Below, in pieces: positions 19,776 to 29,496 of a DNA stretch of 64,000 bases (within the stretch, counting starts at the first letter, position 1; the number at the start of each line of letters is the position of its first letter). Source of the DNA: an uncultured Limibaculum sp. (GTDB lineage: Bacteria > Pseudomonadota > Alphaproteobacteria > Rhodobacterales > Rhodobacteraceae); the NCBI GenBank assembly GCA_964406355.1, contig CAYORO010000002.1, forward strand, positions 4,266 to 68,265. Reading direction: 5' to 3'. The notes under the pieces are model-generated. The model made no database searches. It saw nothing but the letters and a program-made list of their open reading frames with translations, and was not told the origin of the DNA. Made by a program: the position numbers and the translations under genes.

Positions 19776-19801
19776 CGCGCCGCCCCGGACGGGGCGGCGC
19801 G
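19776..19801. terminator. GC hairpin between convergent genes
   Basis: 11-bp stem CGCGCCGCCCC/GGGGCGGCGCG with GGAC loop. Confidence 0.55.
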
Positions 19802-19808
19802 TCGCGTT

Positions 19809-20711
19809 TCAGGTCGTCACCCGCCGCGTGCGGATGGTGATCAGCACCCCGGCAAAGGCGATCAGCGCCGCGCCGATCCAGTCGTTCAGGCCGAGCGTTT
19901 CCCCGAAGAATATCCAGCCGAGCCCCGCCGCCCAGATGATCGAGGAATACTTCAGGCAGGACAGCGTCGCCGCATCGGCATAGCGAAACGACGCGGCCAT
20001 CACGAACTGCGAGACGGTCAGGAACGCGCCGGCGAGCGGGAGGAGCCAGAGCTGGTCGCCCGAGATCGGCTCCCATCCGACGGGGATGCTGGCGAGCCCG
20101 ACCGACGCCCCTCCGAGATTGGCCAGCATCACGAGGGCCAGCGTGTTCTCTCCGTGGATGAACTTCCGGGTCAGCATGTCGCGCAGGCCGACGATCACGG
20201 CGACGGCGAGCGGGGCCGCGAAGGCCGGATGAACGGTGCCCCCGCCCGGGTCGATAACGAGGGCCGCGCCGATCAGGCCGACGACGACCGCGCTCCAGCG
20301 CCGCCAGCCTGCGCGTTCCCCGAGAAGCCACGGGGACAGCGCGACGACGACGACCGGGCTCAGATAGGCGAGCATGATCGCATCCGCGAGCGGGATGTAG
20401 CGGAGGCTGAGCGGGAAGAGCACGAGATTGCAGATCAGGAAGCCGGTGAGCAGGCCTGCGGTCCGCGGGTTCCGTGGCACCAGCATGCGAAACCCGCCCA
20501 TCAGCGGCGCAGCGGCGACGGTGAAGACGAGCCCGGCGACGCCGCGCAACGAGACGGTCTGTAGGAGCGGCAGCTCGGCGACCAGGGTCTTCATGATCGC
20601 GTCGTTGATCGTGAGCGTCGCGCAGCCGATCAGCATCAGCGCGAAACCGGTCTGAGCGGACTGGCGCTCCGCTGTGGCCGCCGAGCCGGGCCAGGCGCCG
20701 AGCAGTCTCAT
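19809..20711 (-). CDS. DMT/EamA family transporter
   Basis: About ten hydrophobic segments; LLGE..GWRRWSAV, FFGE motifs. Confidence 0.88.
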   Translation of the reverse strand: MRLLGAWPGSAATAERQSAQTGFALMLIGCATLTINDAIMKTLVAELPLLQTVSLRGVAGLVFTVAAAPLMGGFRMLVPRNPRTAGLLTGFLICNLVLFPLSLRYIPLADAIMLAYLSPVVVVALSPWLLGERAGWRRWSAVVVGLIGAALVIDPGGGTVHPAFAAPLAVAVIVGLRDMLTRKFIHGENTLALVMLANLGGASVGLASIPVGWEPISGDQLWLLPLAGAFLTVSQFVMAASFRYADAATLSCLKYSSIIWAAGLGWIFFGETLGLNDWIGAALIAFAGVLITIRTRRVTT

Positions 20712-20816
20712 GGGCGGGTGAGGGGCACAGAGGTCATCTCGCCTTGGTAGCCCCGGGGCGCGGGCAGCGAAAGTTCCGCGTGACGGACACGCGATCCGGT
20801 TAGCGGAGCGTCGGGT

Positions 20817-22448
20817 CTAAAGCTCCCGCCAAAGGACCTTGCCGACGACCGATCGGGGCAGGCTGTCGCGGAACTCGAAGACCTTCGGCACCTTGTAGGC
20901 GGCGACATTGGCGCGGCACCAGTCGGTCAGCGCCTCAGGCGAGAGCGTCTCGCAGCCCGGCCGCGGCACGATCACGGCGCGCACCGCCTCGCCCGAGCGC
21001 GGATCCGGATCGCCGACGACACAGGCCTCGCTGATCTCCTCGTGGCTGTGCAGGATCGCCTCGAGCTCGGCCGGCCAGACCTTCAGCCCCGAGACATTGA
21101 TCATCCGCTTCAGCCGGTCGACGAAGAAGAAATACCCCTCATCATCATAATAGCCGATATCGCCGGTCCGAAAGAAGCGCTTGCCCTCGATGGTAAGGAA
21201 CGCGTCTTGGGTTGCCTCGGGGCGCTTCCAGTACTCGCGGAAGACCTGGGGGGCGTGGGTCACGATTTCGCCGGGCTGGTTCGGGCCGAGCTCCGCCAGG
21301 GTCTCCGGGTCGACGATCCGGGAGTCGACGTCGAAGATCGGGATGCCGAGGCACTGTTTCTTCGGCGCGGCGGGCGGGTTGATATGCGTGGGCGCCATGG
21401 TCTCGGTCAGGCCATAGGCCTCCACGAAGTCGAGGCCGATGAGATCGGTCATCTTTTGCGCGACGCTCTGCGGCATCTGGGCGCCGCCACCGCCGATGGC
21501 CTGGAGCGAGGAGAGGTCGACCCTCTCGATCCCGGGCAGGGAGAGGAAATCGATCATCATCGTGGTGATCGAGCGCCAGTGCTGGATCCGGTGCCGCTCG
21601 ATCAGGGTCGCGGCGGTCGCGGGGTTCCAGCGGGTCATCAGGAACATCGTCGATCCGGAATAGATCGGCAGGTTCATCGAATGCTGCATGCCGGTGACGT
21701 GGCAGAAGGGCAGGGTGGCCAGGATGCGCGACCCGGGGCGGAAGTCGATCCAGTCGGGATAGATCGCGATGGTGGCGTTCACGCTGGCATGGGTGTGCAG
21801 GCACCCCTTCGGCCGTCCGGTCGTGCCCGAGCTGTAGGGGATCAGGCACCAGTCCTCGGGCCTGCGGTCATGCGGGGGCGGCGTGCAGCCGGCGTCGAGG
21901 GCGGTCTGCCACGGGGTGCCATACGGGGAGGCCCGTCGCGGCGCCGTCAGCTCGCGGGGGAGCGCGAGATCCGTCGCCGGGTCGATGTAGTCCGCATAGC
22001 GCGCCGAGATCAGCACCGTGTCCGCGAACGCGCCTGTGACCGCGGCGACCTCCTCGGAGAGCTCCTCGCCGAAGAGGATCGCCCGCGCGCCGGCATCCTC
22101 GACCACATGCTGCAACTCGGCGCGCCGGTTCATCGGATTGACCGGCACGACAACCGCGTTGGCCGCGAGGATCGCATAGTAGGCGATGACGAAGTGCGGC
22201 GCGTTCTGCATGTAGAGCGCGACGCGATCATCGGCCCCGATCCCGCAGGCCTCGGCGAGATAGCCGGCAAGACGCTGCACCTGCGCGTGCAGGTCGGAGA
22301 AGCTCAGCGTCCGGCCGTAGTAGACGATGGCCGGCCGGTCCGGGTGCCGCTCGGCCGACAGGCGGAGGTTGTGGTAGACCGAGTGCGGCAACGGCGGCAG
22401 ACCGTGGGGCTTGCCGTCGGGCCAGACGCCGAAATGCCGGTCCTGCAT
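20817..22448 (-). CDS. Acyl-CoA ligase (AMP-binding)
   Basis: YSSGTTGRPKG, YGLTET, RTGDIG, GKVLWREL. Confidence 0.92.
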   Translation of the reverse strand: MQDRHFGVWPDGKPHGLPPLPHSVYHNLRLSAERHPDRPAIVYYGRTLSFSDLHAQVQRLAGYLAEACGIGADDRVALYMQNAPHFVIAYYAILAANAVVVPVNPMNRRAELQHVVEDAGARAILFGEELSEEVAAVTGAFADTVLISARYADYIDPATDLALPRELTAPRRASPYGTPWQTALDAGCTPPPHDRRPEDWCLIPYSSGTTGRPKGCLHTHASVNATIAIYPDWIDFRPGSRILATLPFCHVTGMQHSMNLPIYSGSTMFLMTRWNPATAATLIERHRIQHWRSITTMMIDFLSLPGIERVDLSSLQAIGGGGAQMPQSVAQKMTDLIGLDFVEAYGLTETMAPTHINPPAAPKKQCLGIPIFDVDSRIVDPETLAELGPNQPGEIVTHAPQVFREYWKRPEATQDAFLTIEGKRFFRTGDIGYYDDEGYFFFVDRLKRMINVSGLKVWPAELEAILHSHEEISEACVVGDPDPRSGEAVRAVIVPRPGCETLSPEALTDWCRANVAAYKVPKVFEFRDSLPRSVVGKVLWREL

Positions 22449-22470
22449 GGCCGCCGCCTCCCGCCGGGTC

Positions 22471-22977
22471 TCAGTCCTTCGGCAGCTGGTTCCCGGCGCG
22501 CAGGTTCAGCTTGGGGTTCTGCGCGTATTTCTGGCAGAGGCGCTCGCAGCCGTCATAGGTCGCGTCGAAGGGGCCGGCCTTCCAGCCGGTGAGCTGCAGC
22601 ACCACGCCATTGCCGGTCTTGGGGCCGACCAGCGCCTCCTGATAATCCTCGTCCGCCATCTCGGTCTTGTCGAGCCGGACACCCTTGGCCTCGAGCTCGC
22701 GCACATACTCCTCGATATCGTCGATCTCGAGGCCGATATGCTGGATTCCGTTGCCGTGCTTCTCGACATATTTCGAGATGAAGCTCTCGGGGTCCTCGCT
22801 CGAGATGAAGCTCATGATGCTGACCCCGAAGCGCACGCAGGCGCCCTTGTAGCGGTCCTGGATCGACTCGAACTCCATCATCATCTCGCCGCCGAGCACG
22901 TTGATGGCGTTGTCGAGCGCGGCGTCGAGATCCTTCACGGCGAAGGCGATGTGGTTGATTGCGGTGATCTTGGCCAA
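22471..22977 (-). CDS. VOC protein, methylmalonyl-CoA epimerase-like
   Basis: INHIAFAV, GNGIQHIGL motifs; TTG start. Confidence 0.75.
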   Translation of the reverse strand: MAKITAINHIAFAVKDLDAALDNAINVLGGEMMMEFESIQDRYKGACVRFGVSIMSFISSEDPESFISKYVEKHGNGIQHIGLEIDDIEEYVRELEAKGVRLDKTEMADEDYQEALVGPKTGNGVVLQLTGWKAGPFDATYDGCERLCQKYAQNPKLNLRAGNQLPKD

Positions 22978-23028
22978 TGGTCCGGTCCCTTTCGGTTGGC
23001 GTCACGTGTGGCGGGCGGGCCGCGGCCC

Positions 23029-24204
23029 TCAGGGCGCGGCGCCGGTGACGAGCGCGCGGGCGCTGCCGTGCTGGAGTTTCGGCATGAAGGGCAGGGGGGC
23101 GATCCGCGCGCTGCGCGGGCCGTCCCAGGCATCGACATCGAGCGCCGTGTCGGGCGCGGTGTGTTCCGTGGCGACGAGGCCGAGCGCGATGTTCTTCTTG
23201 AGTCGCGGCGAGTAGGCGAGGCTGGTGATCTTGCCGGCCTCCGAATTGCCCTTGCTGAGCGGCCATGGGTCCTCGTTGGGCTCGAGCGGCTCGCCTTCGA
23301 CGACGAGGCCGACGAGCTGCCGGTCGACCGGCTTCTCCTTCAGCCGGGTCAGCGCGTCGCGACCGATGAAGTCCGGTGTGGCGTCGAGCTCGACGAGGCG
23401 CCCGAGGCCGAGCTCGAAGGGGTTCTCCTCGAGCGTCATGTCGACGCCCCAGGAGAGGATGCCGGACTCGATGCGCCGCATATGGTTCACCGCGCCCGGG
23501 GCCACGTCATAGGGCTTGCCCGCCTCCATCAGCGCGTCGAAGAGCGCATCGCCCTGCTGGCGGTTCTCAAGATAGATCTCATAGCCAAACTCGCCGCTCC
23601 ACCCGGTGCGGGAGATCCGGAGCGGGTGGCCCTGGAACATCGCGGTGGTGAGCCAGTAGTATCTCAGGTCGAGGATGTTCGCGCCGAACATGTTGAACAT
23701 CAGATGCGGCGACTTCGGCCCCTGGACCTGGATCACCGAGACGTCAGCATCGCGGATCGTCACGCGCATCGGGCTGTTGACCGCGATCCCCTTGGCCCAG
23801 AGCTCGAGATCGCAATCCGCCGTCGAGAGCCAGAACCGGTTCTCGTCGAGCCGGAGGATGATCGGATCGCTGACGATGCCGCCATCGGGCGCCGTGATCA
23901 GCGCATACTTGCACTGGTTGACCGCGCATTTCGCCATGTTGCGCGGGGTGAGAAACTGCACAAAGTCGAGCGCGTCGGGGCCCGAGATCTCCACCTGGCG
24001 CTCGCCCATCACCGGCCAGATCGCCACGTCCTTGGTCACGCGCCAGTACTCGTTGACCGGGTCGGAGAAGGTCGCCGAGATATAGGTCCGGTTGTAGACG
24101 GAGTACCGGCGGCAGCCATGGCGCCAGCAGGCCTCGAGGAAAGCGCCCTTCCGGATGCGGGGCTGGAAGCGCATGGTGGCGCCGAGATGCTTGATGATGG
24201 GCAT
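23029..24204 (-). CDS. Aminomethyltransferase family, DmdA-like THF-dependent demethylase
   Basis: YSVYN..ERQVEISGPDA, SRTGWSGE.GYE, RRIESG motifs. Confidence 0.8.
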   Translation of the reverse strand: MPIIKHLGATMRFQPRIRKGAFLEACWRHGCRRYSVYNRTYISATFSDPVNEYWRVTKDVAIWPVMGERQVEISGPDALDFVQFLTPRNMAKCAVNQCKYALITAPDGGIVSDPIILRLDENRFWLSTADCDLELWAKGIAVNSPMRVTIRDADVSVIQVQGPKSPHLMFNMFGANILDLRYYWLTTAMFQGHPLRISRTGWSGEFGYEIYLENRQQGDALFDALMEAGKPYDVAPGAVNHMRRIESGILSWGVDMTLEENPFELGLGRLVELDATPDFIGRDALTRLKEKPVDRQLVGLVVEGEPLEPNEDPWPLSKGNSEAGKITSLAYSPRLKKNIALGLVATEHTAPDTALDVDAWDGPRSARIAPLPFMPKLQHGSARALVTGAAP

Positions 24205-24241
24205 GGATTGGTCTCGTGGGTCTTGTGGGGGAGCGCTGATC

Positions 24242-25639
24242 TCAGGCAGCGGTCCGGATGGCGGCGGCGCGGGCCGCGGCGGCACGGGCCTCGGCGGTCT
24301 CGCCGAGCGCCTCGAGGGCCGAGCTGTACCCCTGCCAGGTCCAGCTCGACTGCGCCTTCTGTCCGACGCGTTCGGCGAAGAGCGCACGCGCCTTCAGCGC
24401 GTTGTCGCCCGCCGCGGCGGCGTCCAACAGGATCATGTGAAAGACATCGCGCTGCGCCTTGCTGCCGCCGATCTGGTCGAGCTGGTAGCGCACCCGACCG
24501 ATCCGGGTGACGGCGGAGGCATACGCGCCGGTGCGCGCGTCCCGCAGCCCTTCGGCAAGCGCGACGCCGACGCGGGCGCAGATGCGGGCCTGGGTCTCGT
24601 CGAGCGACGACCAGGCGCGGATGTTGCCGATCATCTCGTCGGCGGCTGCCCGGTCGCCCGCCGCGATCAGGGCCATGAGGTAATGCAGCGAGACGAAGAT
24701 CAGGTCGGTATCGGCCATGTGCGTGCGCGCGACCTCGGCGAGCTCCTGCCACCGGGTGCCGATATCGACACCGAACATCTCGAGCCGCCAGAGCAGTGAC
24801 GACGCGTTGCAGATGTCGAGATAGAAGTCGGACGAGATGTCCGACACCACCTGATTATCGTAGATCCGCAGCACCTCGTCGAACTCGCCCCGCTCCAGGT
24901 GATAGAGGCAGCGATGCCAGTGCAGGTGGAAGCGGAAATTGTTGACCGTCGACCAGTCGGCCTCGAGCCCCCTGACCCAGGCGATGCCGTCCTCGTGGCG
25001 CTCGGTCATCTCGAGGACATGGGCGACCGCGTGAACCGACCAGGCATCGGCGGGATTGATCTCGACTGCGCGACGGCCGTAGGCCTCGGCCTTGGCATAT
25101 TCGGCCGACTCCTCGAGCCCGAACGCATACATGCCGAGCAGGAAGCCGTAATCGGGGTGGTCCTCGGACCAGCGCGGCAGGATCGCGGCCATCGAGTCGC
25201 GCATCTGCCGACCGTCGCCCGAGTAGAAATGCGTGAAATGCGCGAGCCGGAGCGCCAGGCCGTCCTGCGGCGTCTCGAGCAGGATCTCCTCCCAAAGCTC
25301 GGTCGCCCGATCCATGTCGCCGCGGGTCCAGGCCGAGAGGGCGGCGGCATGCATGCGCTCGCGGCCCGTGGCCTCGACGCGCTCCAGCAGGCTGTCGAGG
25401 TCGCGCGAGATCTCGCGGGCACGGGCCGAGTGGTTCGAGCTGCCCATCAATTTGGCAAAATAGCCCATGGCGCAGCGGGCCATCGGCATGTCGGGATCGT
25501 CCGCCGCAAGCGCCTTCGCCAGCGCACCCGTGGTGGGACGGAAGCCCATATAGGCTCGCGTCAGCTCTGCAAACCGTGCGGCGCTCTCGGGGCTGGAAGC
25601 GGTGAAGACGAGCCCGTTCGGGTCCGCGAGCCTCTTCAT
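24242..25639 (-). CDS. TTC38-like tetratricopeptide protein
   Basis: AFGLEE, WSVHAVAHV, HLHWH, GGSKAQRD conserved motifs. Confidence 0.85.
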   Translation of the reverse strand: MKRLADPNGLVFTASSPESAARFAELTRAYMGFRPTTGALAKALAADDPDMPMARCAMGYFAKLMGSSNHSARAREISRDLDSLLERVEATGRERMHAAALSAWTRGDMDRATELWEEILLETPQDGLALRLAHFTHFYSGDGRQMRDSMAAILPRWSEDHPDYGFLLGMYAFGLEESAEYAKAEAYGRRAVEINPADAWSVHAVAHVLEMTERHEDGIAWVRGLEADWSTVNNFRFHLHWHRCLYHLERGEFDEVLRIYDNQVVSDISSDFYLDICNASSLLWRLEMFGVDIGTRWQELAEVARTHMADTDLIFVSLHYLMALIAAGDRAAADEMIGNIRAWSSLDETQARICARVGVALAEGLRDARTGAYASAVTRIGRVRYQLDQIGGSKAQRDVFHMILLDAAAAGDNALKARALFAERVGQKAQSSWTWQGYSSALEALGETAEARAAAARAAAIRTAA

Positions 25640-25752
25640 TGTCGTCTGCCTTATCGTTGGGCGGTCAGTGCCTCCAGTCTGTCCACGAGATTCGGCGCTA
25701 ATCAACCACTGTTTCGGACCGGTTGGTCAGCTCAACGGACCGGTGATGCGTT

Positions 25753-26688
25753 TCAGCCCCGCGGGCCCCCGAAGGCTTCCTCGCGCTTACGCAGGATGGC
25801 AACGAGCGTGTCGTTATAGGGCGTGGCGATCCCGTGCCGGCGCCCGAGCGGGGGAACCTGCCCGTTGATCGCATCGAGCTCAGACGGGCGGCAGGCCATG
25901 TGGTCGAGCAGCATCGAGGGGCGGGCGCCGGGCATGCGCTGGCCGAAGGCGGTGACATAGGCGACGGGGTCGTCGAAGGAGAGCGCGATCCCTTTGGCGC
26001 GGGCCAGGGCATGGGCCTCCCGCATGGCGCCGAGCGCGATCTCCCAGCGCTCGGCATGGGCCATCAGGTCGCCGACCGTCACGCCGAAGACAGTGCAGGG
26101 CGCGCTGAAGGTGACGTTGCAGAGGAACTTCTCCCAGATCAGCTGCGCGATGTCCTCAAAAGCGCGCGCCTCGAACCCGGCCTCCTGCCAGAGCGCGGCG
26201 AGGCGCCGGGCGCGATCGGTGAGGCCGCCGCCGATCTCGCCGATGCGGATGAGCTTCATCGCGGTGTGGTGCGCATGGCCCGGGCCCGTGAGGGAGGCGC
26301 CGAAGCCGTCGGCGACGCCGAGCAGCACTGCCTCGGTGGGCATATGGGCGGCAATCCGGTCTGCCGCGCCGAGGCCGTTCTGGATCGTCAGCACCAGCGT
26401 CTCCTCCGACAGCACGGGGGCGATGGCCCGTGCGGCCGGCCCGACGCCACTCGCCTTGGTCGCGATCACGATCAGATCGCAGGGCCCCGCCTCGGCGATG
26501 TCGGTGGTCGCGCGGAGCCCCGTGACCGTGCGGTCGCCGCTCGCCCCCGTGAGCCTGAGGCCCGACGCGTTGATCGCCGCCACGTGCTCACGCCAGCAAT
26601 CGACGGCCCAGACTTCGTGTCCGGCCTCGCGAAAGAGCGCGGCATAGACCGACCCCATCGCGCCGGTGCCGAAGATGGCGACTTTCAT
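25753..26688 (-). CDS. panE: Ketopantoate reductase family
   Basis: GTGAMG, QNG, WEKFLCN, SMLLD..SELDAING; ATGA overlap with mttB-like gene. Confidence 0.8.
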   Translation of the reverse strand: MKVAIFGTGAMGSVYAALFREAGHEVWAVDCWREHVAAINASGLRLTGASGDRTVTGLRATTDIAEAGPCDLIVIATKASGVGPAARAIAPVLSEETLVLTIQNGLGAADRIAAHMPTEAVLLGVADGFGASLTGPGHAHHTAMKLIRIGEIGGGLTDRARRLAALWQEAGFEARAFEDIAQLIWEKFLCNVTFSAPCTVFGVTVGDLMAHAERWEIALGAMREAHALARAKGIALSFDDPVAYVTAFGQRMPGARPSMLLDHMACRPSELDAINGQVPPLGRRHGIATPYNDTLVAILRKREEAFGGPRG

Positions 26689-28217
26689 GACGGCTCCATC
26701 CTGCTGCGCGGCAGTCTGATGTCGAAGCGTGCGCGCAGTCGCTCGTCGATCTCGCGCGGGAGATGCGCAGGGTGGTGGGCGGCGAGGATCTCGCGCACAC
26801 GCTCGCGCGCAGCGGAGCGGATGTCCGGGGCGCCCGCGGCCTCCCACGCCTCGATCGAGCGGCGGTCGGCGAGGTCGGGGTAGAGGAAGTCCGAGATCAT
26901 CCGGCCATAGGTCTGCGGATGGCCGAGGAAATGGCCCTCGCCCCGCACGGTCTCGGCGATCATCGCGGGGGAGAGGGCCTCCGGGCCGGTGTCGATCGGC
27001 GCGAGGCTGCGGCGAACCGCGCCCAGCATGTCGTTGTCGATCACATAGGCCTCCAAGGACGCGCCCATCAGTCCCGCCTGCATGCCCGCCGCCTGGGTGA
27101 TCAGATTGGCGCCCGCCTGGGCGGCCATGCTGACCGACAGCGCCTTCTCGTAGCCTGCCTGCGCATCGGCGGCCTTGCTGTCCGTCGCGCCTGCGATGGT
27201 CGAGGAGGGCAGGCCGTAGAACCGCGCCATCTCGGCCGCCGCCGCCGTCAGAAGCGCCTGCTCGCCGCTGCCGCCGGCCATGGCGCCCGAGCGCAGATCC
27301 GTTACCATCGGGCGCGCGCCATAGATCGCGATCGCGTCCGGGTTGGCGAGCCAGGCGACGACGAGCCCGGCCAGCGTCTCGGCATTGGTCTGCGCGATGC
27401 AGCCCGCCATGGTCACGGGGCTCGAGGCGCCGAGCTGGCCGAATGTGTTGACCATGCTGGGGATACCGGCCCGCGCGGCTGCGACCAGCACCTCCGCGGC
27501 CTCGGGCGCGAAGCGCAGCGGCGGGGCCACGTGGTTGACGTTGAGCGAGAGGAACGGGCGCGCGGCGAACCCCTCGGCCGAGCCCGCGACGGCATGGCAG
27601 ATCGCCGCGATGTCGGCGACATGGTCGGCCTGCGAGGCGCTGACCATCACATGCTTGGCGGTCCCGGCCAGTGCTGCGTAGCAGGTGTTGATGTCGAGCG
27701 CCCGGGCCCCCTCTAGGTCGCGCGCCACGAGCGAGCGCGAGAAGAACGCCACATGCTCGAGCCGGTCGACCAGACGCGCGGCGTCATAGAGATCGGCCAG
27801 CGTCGAAGGCCGATAGCGGCCCGTCTCCATGTCGAGGATCAAGGGCGCCGCGCCACCCGATCCGAGATACACCCGGCCCTCCGAGAGCGGCAGGTCGGCG
27901 CCCGGATCGCGGCCGCAGAGCGTCACGTCTCGCCTCAGCCCCGCAAGGGCGCGCGCGCAGAGCTCCGGCGGGATGACGAGCCGGCCATCCTTTGCCAGCC
28001 ATCCGCCAGCCGCAGAGACGAGCTCGACAACGACGGGCGGCGCTTCGGCAAGGCCCGGATCGCTCAACAGAGCGAGCGAGGCGGCATGCATACGCCGCTG
28101 GTCCTCGGCGCTGAGGATCGGGAGCCGCCCGCCCCGTGTGTCGTGCCACAGCGGGGGCGCCGGGGCCTCCCGCGCCACGTTCCGACGTCCCGCGTTGCGG
28201 CGCGCCGCCTTGCTCAT
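26685..28217 (-). CDS. Trimethylamine methyltransferase MttB family (non-pyrrolysine)
   Basis: GASSPVTMAG, DLRSG, DSKAADAQAGYE, GEGHFLG; no in-frame TAG. Confidence 0.88.
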   Translation of the reverse strand: MSKAARRNAGRRNVAREAPAPPLWHDTRGGRLPILSAEDQRRMHAASLALLSDPGLAEAPPVVVELVSAAGGWLAKDGRLVIPPELCARALAGLRRDVTLCGRDPGADLPLSEGRVYLGSGGAAPLILDMETGRYRPSTLADLYDAARLVDRLEHVAFFSRSLVARDLEGARALDINTCYAALAGTAKHVMVSASQADHVADIAAICHAVAGSAEGFAARPFLSLNVNHVAPPLRFAPEAAEVLVAAARAGIPSMVNTFGQLGASSPVTMAGCIAQTNAETLAGLVVAWLANPDAIAIYGARPMVTDLRSGAMAGGSGEQALLTAAAAEMARFYGLPSSTIAGATDSKAADAQAGYEKALSVSMAAQAGANLITQAAGMQAGLMGASLEAYVIDNDMLGAVRRSLAPIDTGPEALSPAMIAETVRGEGHFLGHPQTYGRMISDFLYPDLADRRSIEAWEAAGAPDIRSAARERVREILAAHHPAHLPREIDERLRARFDIRLPRSRMEPS

Positions 28218-28223
28218 GCCCGT

Positions 28224-28258
28224 CCCTTCATGCGCCGATCCCTTCATGCGCCGATCCC
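28224..28258. repeat. 16-bp tandem duplication upstream of mttB-like gene
   Basis: CCCTTCATGCGCCGAT at 28224 and 28240. Confidence 0.85.
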
Positions 28259-28371
28259 GCGAGATCGGCCCCCGCCGAAACGGAACCGATCGCTCGAAGA
28301 GGCGCAAGGGCATCATCGGTCGGGCGTGTCTTCAACCCGTGCAGGGCGCGGCGTCTGGTCTGCGGAGATCG

Positions 28372-29340
28372 TCAAAGCCCCGTCACCTCCGCGATGCCGA
28401 TCGCCTGCTCTGCAGCCCCGCTGTAGAGCAGATAGACCCGACCGTCATCGTCGCGAAAGATGCACGGGTCACGCAGGGCGTGTTCGGGGCCACGGGCAGC
28501 GCCGGCGCGGGAGGCCCTTACGGGAAGGGCGGCGCCTTCCCACGGCTCGACGGGCCGCAAGACCTCCCGCGGTGCGCCTGCCGCCCATCTGTGCCAGTCA
28601 GCGTGGAGCGAGACCTCCGCGTGGAGGATCGCCTCCGGCGCATCGCCGATCCGGCTGAAGAAGAGATGCAAGCGGTCGCCGTCCATCAGCAGGGCAAGAT
28701 GGCGCAGGGTCCGGCCGGGCGGGCTGAGCGGTTCGGTCTCGAAGGTGGCGGGGCCTCGCTCAAAGGGGCCATCGGGGTTGGGCGCGCGGAACAGATATCC
28801 GCCCCAGGAGATCGCCCAATACCAATCGCGATACTCAACGACGCGAAAATAGTAGTGGGTGAACAGTTTTGGTTTCGCCCGAAAATCCACGCCGTTCGCT
28901 GAAATGGCGAGACGGGTCATCTGGTCGCCGGTCGCGGTCATCCCGTGATAATACATAAGGACCCGGCGATTTCCCTGGTCCACCAGGACATCCGGCGAGG
29001 CGATATGCGGCACATACTGCGTGATGCCGAGGCTGGCGTGCGGATCCGTGCCATCAGGTCTCGGCGTGATCTGACTGCGGTCGTGGGGGAACAGCGACTG
29101 CTCGATCCTGAGCGCCCCAGGCTCGTGAACGACCCAGGGCCCAGTCAGGGCGTTTGAATAGGCAAGTCGGATCGAGCGCCCTTCATGATGGGCAAAGTAG
29201 AGAAGGTACCGGCCGAGCGGATCCTCGACCCAGTCGGGCACCCGGATCAACGAGGGGCCATTGATATTGTCGCCAAGGCTGGCGCTCATCCCCTGATGGA
29301 TGATCGGTCGATCGAGAAGGCGACGAACCGCAATCGGCAT
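28372..29340 (-). CDS. Five-bladed beta-propeller, glycoside hydrolase (GH43/GH130)-like
   Basis: GPSLI..YLLYFAH, HIASPDV, LRDP..YLLYSG repeats. Confidence 0.6.
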   Translation of the reverse strand: MPIAVRRLLDRPIIHQGMSASLGDNINGPSLIRVPDWVEDPLGRYLLYFAHHEGRSIRLAYSNALTGPWVVHEPGALRIEQSLFPHDRSQITPRPDGTDPHASLGITQYVPHIASPDVLVDQGNRRVLMYYHGMTATGDQMTRLAISANGVDFRAKPKLFTHYYFRVVEYRDWYWAISWGGYLFRAPNPDGPFERGPATFETEPLSPPGRTLRHLALLMDGDRLHLFFSRIGDAPEAILHAEVSLHADWHRWAAGAPREVLRPVEPWEGAALPVRASRAGAARGPEHALRDPCIFRDDDGRVYLLYSGAAEQAIGIAEVTGL

Positions 29341-29496
29341 GTCCTGGTCCTTTGCAGCTTGCCCCAGAGGCGCCTTCTGCGCGGACCGGCTCCGGCCACA
29401 TCCGCATGGCCGGTCCGCGTCGCACCTCCGTCGGCGTCAGCTGATGTTTCCGCGGCGCATCCCGTCAACCAGCGCCATCCCCCTGATACACGACGT

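Noticed and set aside
23029-24204. Bona fide dmdA or gcvT
   Set aside because: Only family-level motifs; no gcvH/gcvP or dmdC/dmdD adjacent
26685-28217. Pyrrolysine-containing MttB
   Set aside because: No in-frame TAG and no pyl genes
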